64,000 bases of DNA from Terriglobia bacterium (GTDB taxonomy: Bacteria; Acidobacteriota; Terriglobia; 20CM-2-55-15), in the NCBI GenBank assembly GCA_965198225.1, contig CBDAOY010000005.1:96001-160000 (forward strand). The letters run 5' to 3'. A program made the translations under genes and the position numbers. The notes under the pieces are model-generated. The model saw nothing but the letters and a program-made list of their open reading frames with translations. It made no database searches and was not told where the DNA came from. Shown one piece after another: positions 40,242 to 50,200 of this stretch. Each line of letters starts with the position of its first letter. Positions within the stretch are counted from its first letter, which is position 1.

Positions 40242-42164
40242 CTACTTGGGAGGTGGCAGCGTTATGATCGCTCCCTCGAACGGCGGCACGCCGGCGCCCG
40301 CGCACCAGGCTCCGGTGCCCCGGAAGTGGGTGTCGATACACTTGAACTCGGCGCCGAGACCCAAAAGGAACTCCACGGTCTCTGGCATCGGCGAACGCTT
40401 GTGGAATCCGGCTCCGCCGCCGCGGGCCATGTCGACCGTCGTCTGGCCAAGCCTGCTGATTGCGTGCAAATCGGCGCCCTTCGACAGCAGATACTCGATG
40501 AGCTCGTGGTCGCCCCTGGCCGCCGCGTAGTGAAGCGGCGTGTAGCCCCAGGAGTTGGGCACGCTGACGTCGGCGCCATGCTCCTCGACCAGGTACTTCA
40601 CCGTATTGAAAAAGTTGTTCGGAATCTGCCGCATGTCGACGGCGACGAACCCCAGCCAACCACCGCCCGCCGCGGCGTGTATGGGATACATGTTGGCCGT
40701 GCCCTTGGGAAACGGCGGCAGCCCGGAATCATCCGAGCCTCGCCCGTCCTCCTGCCGTGAGCCCCTCATGCCGACCTCGTCCCACCGGGTCGGAGTGTTC
40801 GGGTCGGCACCATAGGCCGCCAGCAACTTCATCGCCTCGATGTCCAGCGCAAACGCGGCCCGCCAGAACGGGGTGGCACCGTTGACGTCGAGCCCGACGC
40901 GTCCGACGACGAATTCCCAGTACCACATGTGCCTCGTGGTCGCCACGTTCGGGTCGGCGCCCGCCTCCAGCAGCGCGCGCAGTACGTCCATGTAGCCGCT
41001 CTTCTGGTACTCGTGCGCCCGGGGCACCGGGTAACTGGTAAAGTTCGCCCACTGGGTCTGCAACACACCCAATAGCGGTGCGACCCTGTCGGTGTGTGTG
41101 GCGAGGTTCGGATCCGCGCCGCGCTCGATCAGCACCAGCGCCAGGTCGAAGTGACCGTTCTGCACGGCGCTGACGAGGGGACTGCTTCCGTCGCCGCCGC
41201 TGATCTGGTTGATGTCGGCTCCGGCGTCCAGGAGAACCTTCGCCGCTTCGGTGTGGCCTTCGCGGGCCGCGTGCAGCAACGCCGTCAACCCGCCCGTCTT
41301 CCCGACCAGGCTCTCAAACCACGGTCGTGCCAGGTACTCGACTTCGGTCGCCCTGTACATTCGGCGGTTCGCCACATCGTCGGGATGGAAGTCCACGAGC
41401 AACTCTTCGATCGCCTCATCCGAGCGCAGGAACTCGCGCTGGGCGGCGATGGCCGCCTGCGCCTCCGTGGCGGTCAAAGCCCGGTCCGCCCCCTCCGGCG
41501 AGCTCTCGAGGATCTCCTTCTGCGCCTCCTGGAGGCGTGCCTGCGCAGCCTGGTCGATGACCATTCTCTTCAGCACATCGACGACTTCGGTGCGGATCGC
41601 CGTATCCGCGCCGTGACCGAGAAGCTCGAGGACCGACGCCGTGCGGCCGTAGGACGCCGCGAACATCAACGGCGTCTGTCCCGCCGAAGCCTCCAGGCCG
41701 TTGACGGGTGCGCCGTGCTCCAGCAGCACCCGGACCGTGCTCTCGCCCTCGAACGCTTTCGCGGCCAGATGGAGTGGCGTCACACGGCTGCCTGACGTCA
41801 CCGCGCCCGGATCGGCGCCGGCCTCAATGAGTGCGTCAACGAGGGGGGCTTGAGCGGCGCCGCTGGCGAGGTGGATCGGCATGTAGCCGCCGATGCGCGT
41901 CGTCACCCCGACCTGGGCTCCCGCACCGATCAAGAGCCTGGCGATCTCGAGGTTCCCCGCATCGGCAGCCAGGTGCAGCGCGGTCAAACCGTCCCCCCGG
42001 GCCGCGTTCGGATCCGCTCCGTCGGCCAGGAGCGACTGGACCCCCGCCACGTCACCCCGCTTCGTCGCGTCGAGGAGCGGCAAGTCGGCCGCCGCAGCGG
42101 TCCCCGTCAGCAGGGCGATTGCCACGACCGCAACGGTCAGGCACGTCCCTCTTCCTGGATTCAT
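40242..42164 (-). CDS. Secreted ankyrin-repeat protein
   Basis: Signal peptide; many G.TPLH.AA..G...LL..GAD repeats. Confidence 0.9.
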   Translation of the reverse strand: MNPGRGTCLTVAVVAIALLTGTAAAADLPLLDATKRGDVAGVQSLLADGADPNAARGDGLTALHLAADAGNLEIARLLIGAGAQVGVTTRIGGYMPIHLASGAAQAPLVDALIEAGADPGAVTSGSRVTPLHLAAKAFEGESTVRVLLEHGAPVNGLEASAGQTPLMFAASYGRTASVLELLGHGADTAIRTEVVDVLKRMVIDQAAQARLQEAQKEILESSPEGADRALTATEAQAAIAAQREFLRSDEAIEELLVDFHPDDVANRRMYRATEVEYLARPWFESLVGKTGGLTALLHAAREGHTEAAKVLLDAGADINQISGGDGSSPLVSAVQNGHFDLALVLIERGADPNLATHTDRVAPLLGVLQTQWANFTSYPVPRAHEYQKSGYMDVLRALLEAGADPNVATTRHMWYWEFVVGRVGLDVNGATPFWRAAFALDIEAMKLLAAYGADPNTPTRWDEVGMRGSRQEDGRGSDDSGLPPFPKGTANMYPIHAAAGGGWLGFVAVDMRQIPNNFFNTVKYLVEEHGADVSVPNSWGYTPLHYAAARGDHELIEYLLSKGADLHAISRLGQTTVDMARGGGAGFHKRSPMPETVEFLLGLGAEFKCIDTHFRGTGAWCAGAGVPPFEGAIITLPPPK

Positions 42165-43576
42165 GCCGCCCCCCTCGAATCCACCGACTCCCCGGGGTAA
42201 GTCACCGGGAACTCGCCCGTGCTGTCGCCGAAGAACTCCATGTCGTCGTGTCCCATTCGATGCATCAGGGTCAGGAAGGCGTTCGCCATCGGCGTCCCCC
42301 TCTCGGCCTTCAGGTGAAGGTTGCCCTCCAGCGCTCCGTTCGCGTGCCCCATCATCAACAGCGGGCAGCGAATGTTGTTGTGGGGGTTCCCGTCCCCCAT
42401 CGCCGAGCCCCAGACGATGGCGGTCTTGTCCAGCAGCGAAGCGTCACCCTCCATGGTGTTCTTCAGCTTGTCCAGGAAGTAAGCGAACTGACCCAGGCGG
42501 TACCGGTTGATCATGAGGTAGGCCATGATGCCATCGGGCGTGTTTCCGTGGTGCGACGCCGAGTGCCATGGTTTGTTCGTTCCGCTCTCGGGGAAGGTCA
42601 TGCTCGAGCGGTCGGCTCCCGGCTTGAAGGTGATCACCCGCGTGAGGTCCGCCTGGAACGCCACCAGCTGGAGGTCGAACATCAACTGCATGTGATCCTC
42701 CCACCGGTCGGGAACGCCTGAGGGCGCCTCCGGCATCGCGCGCTCCTCGCCGCTGTTGTTCTGCGCCTCGACCAGCTGGATCCTCCGCTCCATCTCGCGG
42801 ATGTGGGTCGTGTACTGGTCCAGGGCCCGACGGTCGGTCGCACCCAGCTCCCTCTTCAGATCGGTCAGCTTCGTCCCGACCCAGTCGAGCAGGCTCCCGT
42901 TCGTCTGCCGCCGGGCCGCACGGTCCGCCGCCGAGTCACCGACGCCGAAGAGCTGCTCGAACACGGTCCTCGGATCGGCGACGGGCTGAAGCGGTTCGGT
43001 GGGACCCGCCCATGCGATCGTCGTCCCGTACGCGCAGTGGTAGCTGTATTCACAACCGCCGGGCCCCCCCAGCTCGGTAGTCAGCTCCAGCGAGGGCAGC
43101 ACCGTATCCTGTCCGAAGCGGTCCGCATGGTACTGATCCAGCGACTTCCCGAGGTAGACCGCGCCCGACTTGCGCAGCGGATGGGCCTGCGTCAGGAACA
43201 CCGCGGACGCGCGGTCGTGGCCGCCGCCGATCTCGTCGGGCGTCAGCGAACTCGCCATTCGGACGTCGGTATCGCTGACGACCGTCACGTAGTCCCGGAA
43301 CGCCTCGAGGGGCTTCAGATGGCTGTCATCTATGAATTCGAAGTCGCGGCCGACCTTCGCTGGTGCGAAGAAGTGCCGCTCGTCACCCCACTCGTTGCTG
43401 CCCGCGCACCCCATCGACTCCTCGACGCCGATCAGGCGCGTGAACTTCTCCGCCGCGGGGTCTTGCCAGGCTCGGGCGGCCGGTACCATCGACTCCATGA
43501 ACGGCAGCGCCACCATGACGCCGGCGCCGCGGAGAAAGGTCCGTCGGGGGATGTATTTTCCAGTGATGTAGGACAT
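42161..43576 (-). CDS. DUF1552 (HXXSHH) Tat-exported protein
   Basis: PRRTFLRGAG..LPFMESMVPA; WHSASHH; GS.MGDGNPHN. Confidence 0.85.
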   Translation of the reverse strand: MSYITGKYIPRRTFLRGAGVMVALPFMESMVPAARAWQDPAAEKFTRLIGVEESMGCAGSNEWGDERHFFAPAKVGRDFEFIDDSHLKPLEAFRDYVTVVSDTDVRMASSLTPDEIGGGHDRASAVFLTQAHPLRKSGAVYLGKSLDQYHADRFGQDTVLPSLELTTELGGPGGCEYSYHCAYGTTIAWAGPTEPLQPVADPRTVFEQLFGVGDSAADRAARRQTNGSLLDWVGTKLTDLKRELGATDRRALDQYTTHIREMERRIQLVEAQNNSGEERAMPEAPSGVPDRWEDHMQLMFDLQLVAFQADLTRVITFKPGADRSSMTFPESGTNKPWHSASHHGNTPDGIMAYLMINRYRLGQFAYFLDKLKNTMEGDASLLDKTAIVWGSAMGDGNPHNNIRCPLLMMGHANGALEGNLHLKAERGTPMANAFLTLMHRMGHDDMEFFGDSTGEFPVTYPGESVDSRGAA

Positions 43577-43757
43577 AGTTTGAGTCTCCTCAACCGTTGG
43601 GTGATGTGTTTAATTGCGGGCCGCTACGTCGTCCGCCCGGCCGGTAGACGGAGCTTTGAAACTTCTGTGTTTTTATCACTATACGGCGGGTCGGGCAAGC
43701 AGAATCCACCCCCGTTTTCGCTACCCGGAGCGGTATGCCGGGTTGGGCGAACTCGAT

Positions 43758-43844
43758 GGTGCCCCGGTCCTGGTGGCGAGTTTGCCGGCACGGCGGGCGA
43801 CAAGGGTCGATCCGATTGTTGCGTTGAGGTGGGAAAAGGTGTAG
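43758..43844 (+). repeat. ADOP 3'-end fragment
   Basis: [23 protein letters not shown], followed by a REP as at 38134. Confidence 0.75.
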
Positions 43845-43909
43845 GTGCGCTCTATGAGCGCACACATGAACGCGGAACCAGAAGTTGTTCGGTCATAGAC
43901 CGAACCTAC
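43841..43909. repeat. REPIN (inverted REP doublet)
   Basis: gtaggtgcgctctatgagcgcac ... gttcggtcatagaccgaacctac. Confidence 0.8.
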
Positions 43910-43948
43910 CCGGAACCTCGCAGCTGGTTGGGCCGACTCAAAACAAGG

Positions 43949-44269
43949 TCAAGTCGCCGCACGGGAGAGCCAGTATCCCGGCGATTGTCGATCATGCGCG
44001 AATGCAAGAACGCGGATCACGTCGTCGGTCAGTTCGAGATAAACGACATGGAAGGGGAACCGTCTCACTGGCACCCGACGAACCGGCAAGTCAAGCGGCA
44101 GGTCTGAGACCGGTGTTCCCGCGGCGGGAAAGCGGTCGATGAACTCGAAGGCGTCATCGACGGCTTCGAGAAACTCACCGCCAAGGCCGGCCCGTTTATT
44201 TTCGTACCAGAGGGCCGCTTCGCCGAGTTCAGCAGAGGCTTCGGGTTCCGTCCGAAGCCTACGTGTCAC
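43949..44269 (-). CDS. RelE/ParE toxin
   Basis: EA.AEL.EAALWYE....GLG.EFL...RRFPFHVVY...VLAFAH.RQ.PGYW. Confidence 0.85.
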   Translation of the reverse strand: MTRRLRTEPEASAELGEAALWYENKRAGLGGEFLEAVDDAFEFIDRFPAAGTPVSDLPLDLPVRRVPVRRFPFHVVYLELTDDVIRVLAFAHDRQSPGYWLSRAAT

Positions 44270-44507
44270 CAGTCAAACGCTGGACGATGCGATCGCGCGC
44301 CTCTTCCCATGGCTCGCCTACGGACTCACCGGCCAGAACGCGACGCGCTCGCCGCTCGATCTCTTTTGCCCAAGCAGCTTGCACAGCCGCAGGGTCCTCA
44401 GTAGTCGAGTCGTCGAGGCTCGCCAACAACTCGGCGGCGACATCGGCGCGTTCGTCAGGAAGAAGCGTTAGGGCCTCGCGAAGCAATGCTTGCGCGCGAT
44501 CGCTCAT
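44259..44507 (-). CDS. Addiction module antidote protein
   Basis: ALTL.PDERA.VA.ELLASLD...AW..EIERR...GEPWEE. Confidence 0.85.
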   Translation of the reverse strand: MSDRAQALLREALTLLPDERADVAAELLASLDDSTTEDPAAVQAAWAKEIERRARRVLAGESVGEPWEEARDRIVQRLTGDT

Positions 44508-44776
44508 GGAATCATTCTAAGCCAAGTAACGCAGCCTACCAAGGCAATGAAGCCGGCAGTCCGTAAACCCGACGGGCAATGCCGTCTCTCGTCACAGATC
44601 CCACCTTCTGGGTGGCAGTACTTGTCAACCGTCCTGATCTAACAGTCGTCAGAACTCCAGATTGATCCGATTGGTCGAGTGTAAGAACCGGATAGGCTTT
44701 CGGGTTGCGCCGAACTCTGTCGAAGGCGGACCTGACCTCGTCAAGAAAGCTGGACGCCAAGTCCCGGTTTGCCCAG

Positions 44777-44974
44777 CTAACAGCGGTGAGCCTCTTTTAA
44801 CCTACCTTGCCGATGTTCCTTGTATCGGCGTTCGGCTTTGTCGATCCATTCCGATTCCATGCCGCCGTCATCGATCGGATCCAGGCTGTCGATCAGATCT
44901 CGGGCCAGTTTCGCGCGATCGCGGGGTGGAAATTCCATGGCTTTTTCTTTCAAGTCTTTGGCGGATTCGGACAT
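44777..44974 (-). CDS. Addiction module antidote (downstream ParE only a fragment)
   Basis: AMEFPPRDRAKLARDLIDSLD...WID.AERR; FLDEVRSAFDRVRRNPKAYP fragment at ~44690-44760. Confidence 0.7.
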   Translation of the reverse strand: MSESAKDLKEKAMEFPPRDRAKLARDLIDSLDPIDDGGMESEWIDKAERRYKEHRQGRLKEAHRC

Positions 44975-44984
44975 CTGATCTCTC

Positions 44985-45209
44985 CTAGGCTTCGGTCAGT
45001 TTCTTCCGCACTTCAGCCCAGGGCACGAGCTCTACGGTACCGGCGTCGATCTGCTTCAGGCGTTCTTGAATTTCAGTCTTCCAAGCCTCTTCGACGTTCT
45101 CATCAACCTCTTCGTCAAGGCTGTCGATGAGAGAGCTCGCAAGCGCGGCCCTCGCCTCCGATGGGAGTTTCATCGCCTTTTCAAGCAGATCTGAGACGTC
45201 CGGTTTCAT
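44985..45209 (-). CDS. Addiction module antidote (no toxin)
   Basis: AMKLPSEARAALASSLIDSLD...AW..EI..R...VPW.EVR. Confidence 0.8.
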   Translation of the reverse strand: MKPDVSDLLEKAMKLPSEARAALASSLIDSLDEEVDENVEEAWKTEIQERLKQIDAGTVELVPWAEVRKKLTEA

Positions 45210-45287
45210 GTCCTGATGGTATCACCTCATGGTGATCCTGCGTAGAACGCGGGACGATACAGTCCGAAGAAAGCTGTCTACGAGAGC

Positions 45288-45680
45288 CTTAGCGGTCGGC
45301 CGCCGGGCGGGGGGCAGTGTGGCCGTCCTCTTTGGCGGTGTCGATCCACAGGGCCATCGCGTCGTTGATGTTCCTCGATGCCGTTTCCTGGCTGTCGCCG
45401 TGGGCATCTCGGCCACGAAGAGTTCGTCCTCTTCGCTCCAGTAAATGACGATCTCGTATTTGAACATCAGCGTTCGCTTCCGAGGCCAAGATTGAGGCAA
45501 GTTCGCGATGTCCTTCTGTCCTGCCTTCGTAAAAACGTGTCCGTTCTAAACGTTGGACATCACTCATCGCCTGCTCCTCCCTCGGTGGTGACGCCGCCTT
45601 TCTTCCGGTAACATGATCTCTTTCTGCGGCGTTCTCCGGGATTTCTTGGAAAAGCCATGGCTGACTACCAGGCTGGGAAT
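45288..45680 (-). pseudogene. Decayed copies of hicB and relE
   Basis: Nucleotide similarity to 39040-39250 and 39510-39630 with internal deletions. Confidence 0.65.
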
Positions 45681-45808
45681 GTGGGCGCAGAGCTGCCCGA
45701 ACACGCAATAACTGATGACCCAATCAGGGAAACGGGGGCCGTGCCCCCCTAATAGCCCCTTTGGCCCCCCTTGCAGTCCCCATCTGTTTGTACGCTAGCG
45801 CGGAAGGT

Positions 45809-46243
45809 TTAGCCCGCCACGCTTTGCTTGAGGACGAAGTCTCGGTCCCCGGAGACCGCCTTCAGCAACTGATCGAGCTTTTCGATCGAGGGCAGGGACT
45901 CGCCACGTTCATAGCGGGCGTAAGCATTGCGTGATTTTACGCCCAGTCGCTCGGCGGCTTCGGCCAGGGAAAGCCCGCTTTGCTCCCTCTGCCGTTGCAG
46001 GAGCAGGCGGATCATATCCGGGAGATCGGGAGAACTGATTTCGAACTCTCCGTCGGTGCCCAGATGGACCGCTGCCGAAAACCCCGGACGGTCCACCATG
46101 GTCCGAAACCAGTCTTCGATCATCTCCAGGGCTTCTTTGCGCGTGCGTCCCTGTGTGAATGCTTCAAACACAGGTACTTCCGCCAACCAGAAGCCGCCGT
46201 CCCTGTAGACTCGCCCGTGAAATCTCATTTCCGTGTTCTCCAT
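45809..46243 (-). CDS. hicB: HicB-like antitoxin with C-terminal HTH
   Basis: WLAEVP....TQGRTRKEALEMI; REQSGLSLAEAA..LG..SRNAYARYE. Confidence 0.8.
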   Translation of the reverse strand: MENTEMRFHGRVYRDGGFWLAEVPVFEAFTQGRTRKEALEMIEDWFRTMVDRPGFSAAVHLGTDGEFEISSPDLPDMIRLLLQRQREQSGLSLAEAAERLGVKSRNAYARYERGESLPSIEKLDQLLKAVSGDRDFVLKQSVAG

Positions 46244-46404
46244 GCTCTTCTAAGAATCGCTTCCGCCAGCTTGTCGTTGATCTCCGCGTGTCGCGGGATG
46301 GGTTCGGTTCGATCACCGTCGGTCCAAACGTCGTGTTTGCCGCCGTGACGCAAGAGTTTCCAACCGAGTTTCCTGAGCTCACTTTCCAGAGTGCAGCGCT
46401 TCAC
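46225..46404 (-). CDS. hicA: HicA toxin
   Basis: LRKLGWKLLRHGGKHDVW...PIPRHAEI..LA..IL; GTG start 46404. Confidence 0.85.
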   Translation of the reverse strand: MKRCTLESELRKLGWKLLRHGGKHDVWTDGDRTEPIPRHAEINDKLAEAILRRAWRTRK

Positions 46405-46588
46405 ACAAGTGTACACGTATTGGTGTACGAATGGCAAGCACACCCTGTGGCCGTGGGCTTAGCGGCGACCCTCTACGAACACGCTCGTGCTTTCACAAGC
46501 ACGATGGGTTCCTTCGAGTTGGTCGAGTCACATGGTGGGAGCGCACCTTGGCCAGGTCTCAGCCCGCGGATCCCAGCCTCAGCTGACT

Positions 46589-47008
46589 CTAATCTCTCTT
46601 GTCTGAATCTCTCCTGCGGATTCTCTCCCATAGCCCCCGTGGATTCACGATCAGGACCGGTGGGGTGGCGAGTTCCAACATCTCACGGTCGCCGGTCACG
46701 AAGATGTCCACCCTGGCTTCGATTGCGGCAGCCAGAATCCGTCGGTCTGCCCGATCGCGCAGACCCACCGCGACTCCCTTGGCAGGGCTTCCGCCGACTT
46801 CGCATTCAGATCGTAGGAACTGAACGACGGCATCAACATCCTCAACAGGGAGGCGAATCTTGGACTTGAGGGCCCGGCGGACCTCGGCCAGGACAATCCC
46901 GGCCGTGACCAGTTCATGGTCGGCAAGAGCCAGCCTGAACACGTCGGCACACAGTCCGCGAGTGGCAAACGCGCTGACGATCACATTTGTATCGAGAAAG
47001 ATCCTCAA
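46589..47008 (-). CDS. PIN-domain toxin
   Basis: IFLDTNVIVSA...E...RDRADRRILAAA...FVTGD. Confidence 0.85.
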   Translation of the reverse strand: MRIFLDTNVIVSAFATRGLCADVFRLALADHELVTAGIVLAEVRRALKSKIRLPVEDVDAVVQFLRSECEVGGSPAKGVAVGLRDRADRRILAAAIEARVDIFVTGDREMLELATPPVLIVNPRGLWERIRRRDSDKRD

Positions 47009-47232
47009 GAAACGTCGCGGGCGATGTCCTCGTCGGTGAGGTAACCGCGGGCTTCAGCGAAGGGCAGGGTCCGGCGGCGCAGGGTTTCAAAACGCTGGAG
47101 GCGGAGCTGACGCCGGAGCGCGTCGCGGACAATCTCGCTTCTGGAGCGGCCGGTACTGTCGGCGAGCTCCGACAAGAGGGTTTCAAGCTCTTCGTCCAGG
47201 CGGATGGTCATGACACGATTCATGTCATACAT
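47005..47232 (-). CDS. CopG/RHH antitoxin
   Basis: MTIRLDEEL..LL.ELA..TGRSRSEIVRDALRR. Confidence 0.85.
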   Translation of the reverse strand: MYDMNRVMTIRLDEELETLLSELADSTGRSRSEIVRDALRRQLRLQRFETLRRRTLPFAEARGYLTDEDIARDVS

Positions 47233-47292
47233 CGTAATACAGATCTTGGTGGTCCTGCAATTCTACTGAGCGGAGGCGCATCGTGCGTTCGC

Positions 47293-50200
47293 TTACGAGG
47301 CGGAACTCGAGGCAGCCTCCGTCGGGGGGGTCTCGGCGTACCCACAAATCCAGGCGTAGCGTGTGTCGCGGAAGAGATCGGGGTGGGCCACCATGACGAG
47401 CTTCCTCCGCGCCCGGGTCAGCGCGACGTTGAAGCGTCGATCATCGAAGACGAATCCGGTGCCGCGGGAACGCACGAAGGAGATGACGATTACGTCGCGC
47501 TCGCCTCCCTGGAAGCGTTCAACGGTGTCGGCGACGACTCCGGTACCTTCGAGCAGCCGGCGCAGGAGCACGACCTGTGCCCGGAAGGGCGAGATCACGC
47601 CGATCGCTTCGGCCGGGACCCGTTCCCGCAACGCTTCGACCAGATCGCGGACCACATGCGCCTCGGCCGGATTCGACCGGCCGTCGGAATCCGACCCAAC
47701 GGGCAGGAAAACGATGGGAGCTCCCACGGGCGGTATCCGGTCCTCGGAGGCGACTCCCGAGGTGAGGCGCCCGGAGTAGTAGAGCCTGTTCGATACCCCC
47801 ATGATTTCGGGATGCATGCGGTACTGCGTGTCGAGCAGCGTCAGTATCCCGGGAGCGGCGGATTCGGCCTGTTCCTTCAGGCGTTCGAACATCGATCGTC
47901 CGAGATCCTGCAGGCGAACCACCGGCGGCAATTGCCGGTCGTCGCCGATCAGAACGAAACGGCGGGCGCGCATGATCAGGCCGAGCGTGAGTGGTTCGGT
48001 GAGCTGTCCGGCCTCGTCGACGATGGCCATATCGAACGTCCGGCCTCGAAGGTATGGATGGCTCGACGCTCGGTGAGCGGTCGACGCCACAACGGGAACG
48101 GAGTCGAGTTTCTGCCGTAGTTCCCTGGCGCTGCCGGTGGCCGAAGCCAGATCGTCGCTAAAATAGGTGGCGAACTCGGCACCGAGGCGGCTCGCGAGCT
48201 CCGGCGAATCCTTCGACCGTCCGATGCGCAGGAAGCGGGCCTGCGGATCGTGGTCCAGCATCGCCAGCAACATCTTGTCGACGGCCGTGTTCGTGAACGC
48301 TCCGAGCAGGACCGAGCCTCCGACATTCGCGACGATCTCGGGGACGACTTTCGTCTTCCCGGTTCCCGGCGGACCCCAGATCAAACGGAACACCCGACAT
48401 TCCACGGCTCGGCGAACCGCTTCGACCTGACTTGGGTTCAACTCGCTCCGCAGTTCGAGCGACTTGCCTGTCGTCGGATCCGGGTCACCGGTCCCCTCTC
48501 CAAGCGCCGGCGACAGATCCCCGAGGACGATTCGTTTGCGGGGATCGTCGGGGCTGACCAGGAAGTCGTACAGGGCCGTCTGACTGGCCTCGCTGGTGCG
48601 GTCGGAGGGAAAGCGATCGATCGTCCAGGACGGGCCTTCGAAGGCGGCTTTGGAAACGTTTTTCAGGGGAATCGAGATGCGGGCCTCCCGGCCCCCGATC
48701 GATCGCAGGTAACCATGGAAGATGGGACTGCTCGAGATTCGACCCGAATGGATCAGGACACGGTCACCCACCGCCAGGTCCGAATCGTTCTCCTCGAACT
48801 CGAACACGAACTGTCCGGATTCCGAACCGGAACAACGGGCATTGCAGATCGTCTTGAAGTTGCGCACGCGGAAGCCGCGCCGGCTGTCATCGAGCAGATC
48901 CGCCAGATCCTTGTCCGCCGTCCATTTCTCCGCCTGCACGAGCGTAGAGAACCGCCGAAAATACTCCAAATCAGGGCCGGGCGCGGCGTCTGGACGGTCA
49001 CCGAACACTTCGGTCGACTCCATGCATCGACGGCGAGTCCACGACGGGCAGGCGCCGCACACCCCGGGGTCGAAGTCGGCGTAGCGCATCGGAACGTGCG
49101 GGCGGGGCCGGCCCAGCGCGTAGGAAAGAGCCGCGAGCCTGTTTCGCGCTTCAAGAACGCGTGCAAAATCAGCGCCTGTTCGCAGGGGCGTACTGGTTCC
49201 ATCGTTGGAAGACAGCAGGCGGGTCGTCACCTCGAGCGGCTCGTCACCCATGTGCTCCCGACGACGCAGCCAGTCCGACAGCAGCAGACGGTAGATGAAC
49301 AACTGCGCATGATCTTCTTCGCGCAGGCGCTTCCCAGTCTTCAGCTCGACCACGTCGAGACGATTCCCTGTCGTGAAGACGGCATCGATCCGGCCCTGGA
49401 CGCCGAGTGTCGCCGAGTACCGTCGCAACTCGACTTGCGGGTCCTCTCTCATATGCGGATTCAGATCCACGAATTCCTTCAGAGCTGCGGCATGTCGCAA
49501 GGCTTCGGCCCGGAACGCATCCTCGTCGAAGTCGGAGTCCGTAATGGCGGCCATCTGAACGAGGTATCCCGGCAGCACGGCTTCGTAGGAAGCGGCGATG
49601 TCGTCTTCGCCTTCCAGCATCCGGTCGAACATGGCGTGCACAATCATCCCCTTGAGCGTATGCACCGTCACGTCACCCCGACCGCGCCGCGTCTGATCGA
49701 CGAGCGGCTTGGGGCAGTTCAATGCCCGGGCCACCGAAGTCGCGTTCACCTGCCGGAGGGGTTCGAGAACGAAAAACGTTTCAGGGCAGTCTTCAAAACT
49801 GCCCTCCGAAACCGGGACGAGGTTGTAGGCCGCGATGGATGCGTGTACCCAGAAGTAGGGAATGATGAAACACGCGCTCGGGTTCACCCCAGACCGAGCC
49901 CGCACCTCGATTTCACGTTCGCGCAGCGGACCCGTCGTCACCTCGGCCTCGAATCCGGCCTCCCAGTGGCCGTCCCCGGTTTCAACAGGCTGCCGGATGC
50001 GGAGAATCTTCGCCTCCGGGATGACCACACGATCCCCGCCCCTCACCCCGCCGCGGGCGCGGGCCTCCAGCGTGGGTGGATTGCGATCGAGGACTCCGTA
50101 CAAGGCGGTTATAACGTCGTCGATGGAGGTGTAGTCGTCCTCGAGGGCGCGCCAGATCACCTGGGCCAGGTAGCGGGACACGCCATGATCCGGACCGATC

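Noticed and set aside
32051-43865. ADOP 3' copies as diversity-generating retroelement template/variable repeats
   Set aside because: No reverse transcriptase in the window, and differences include indels and are not adenine-specific.
1577-47232. TA runs as integron cassette arrays
   Set aside because: No intI and no convincing attC structure between modules by eye.
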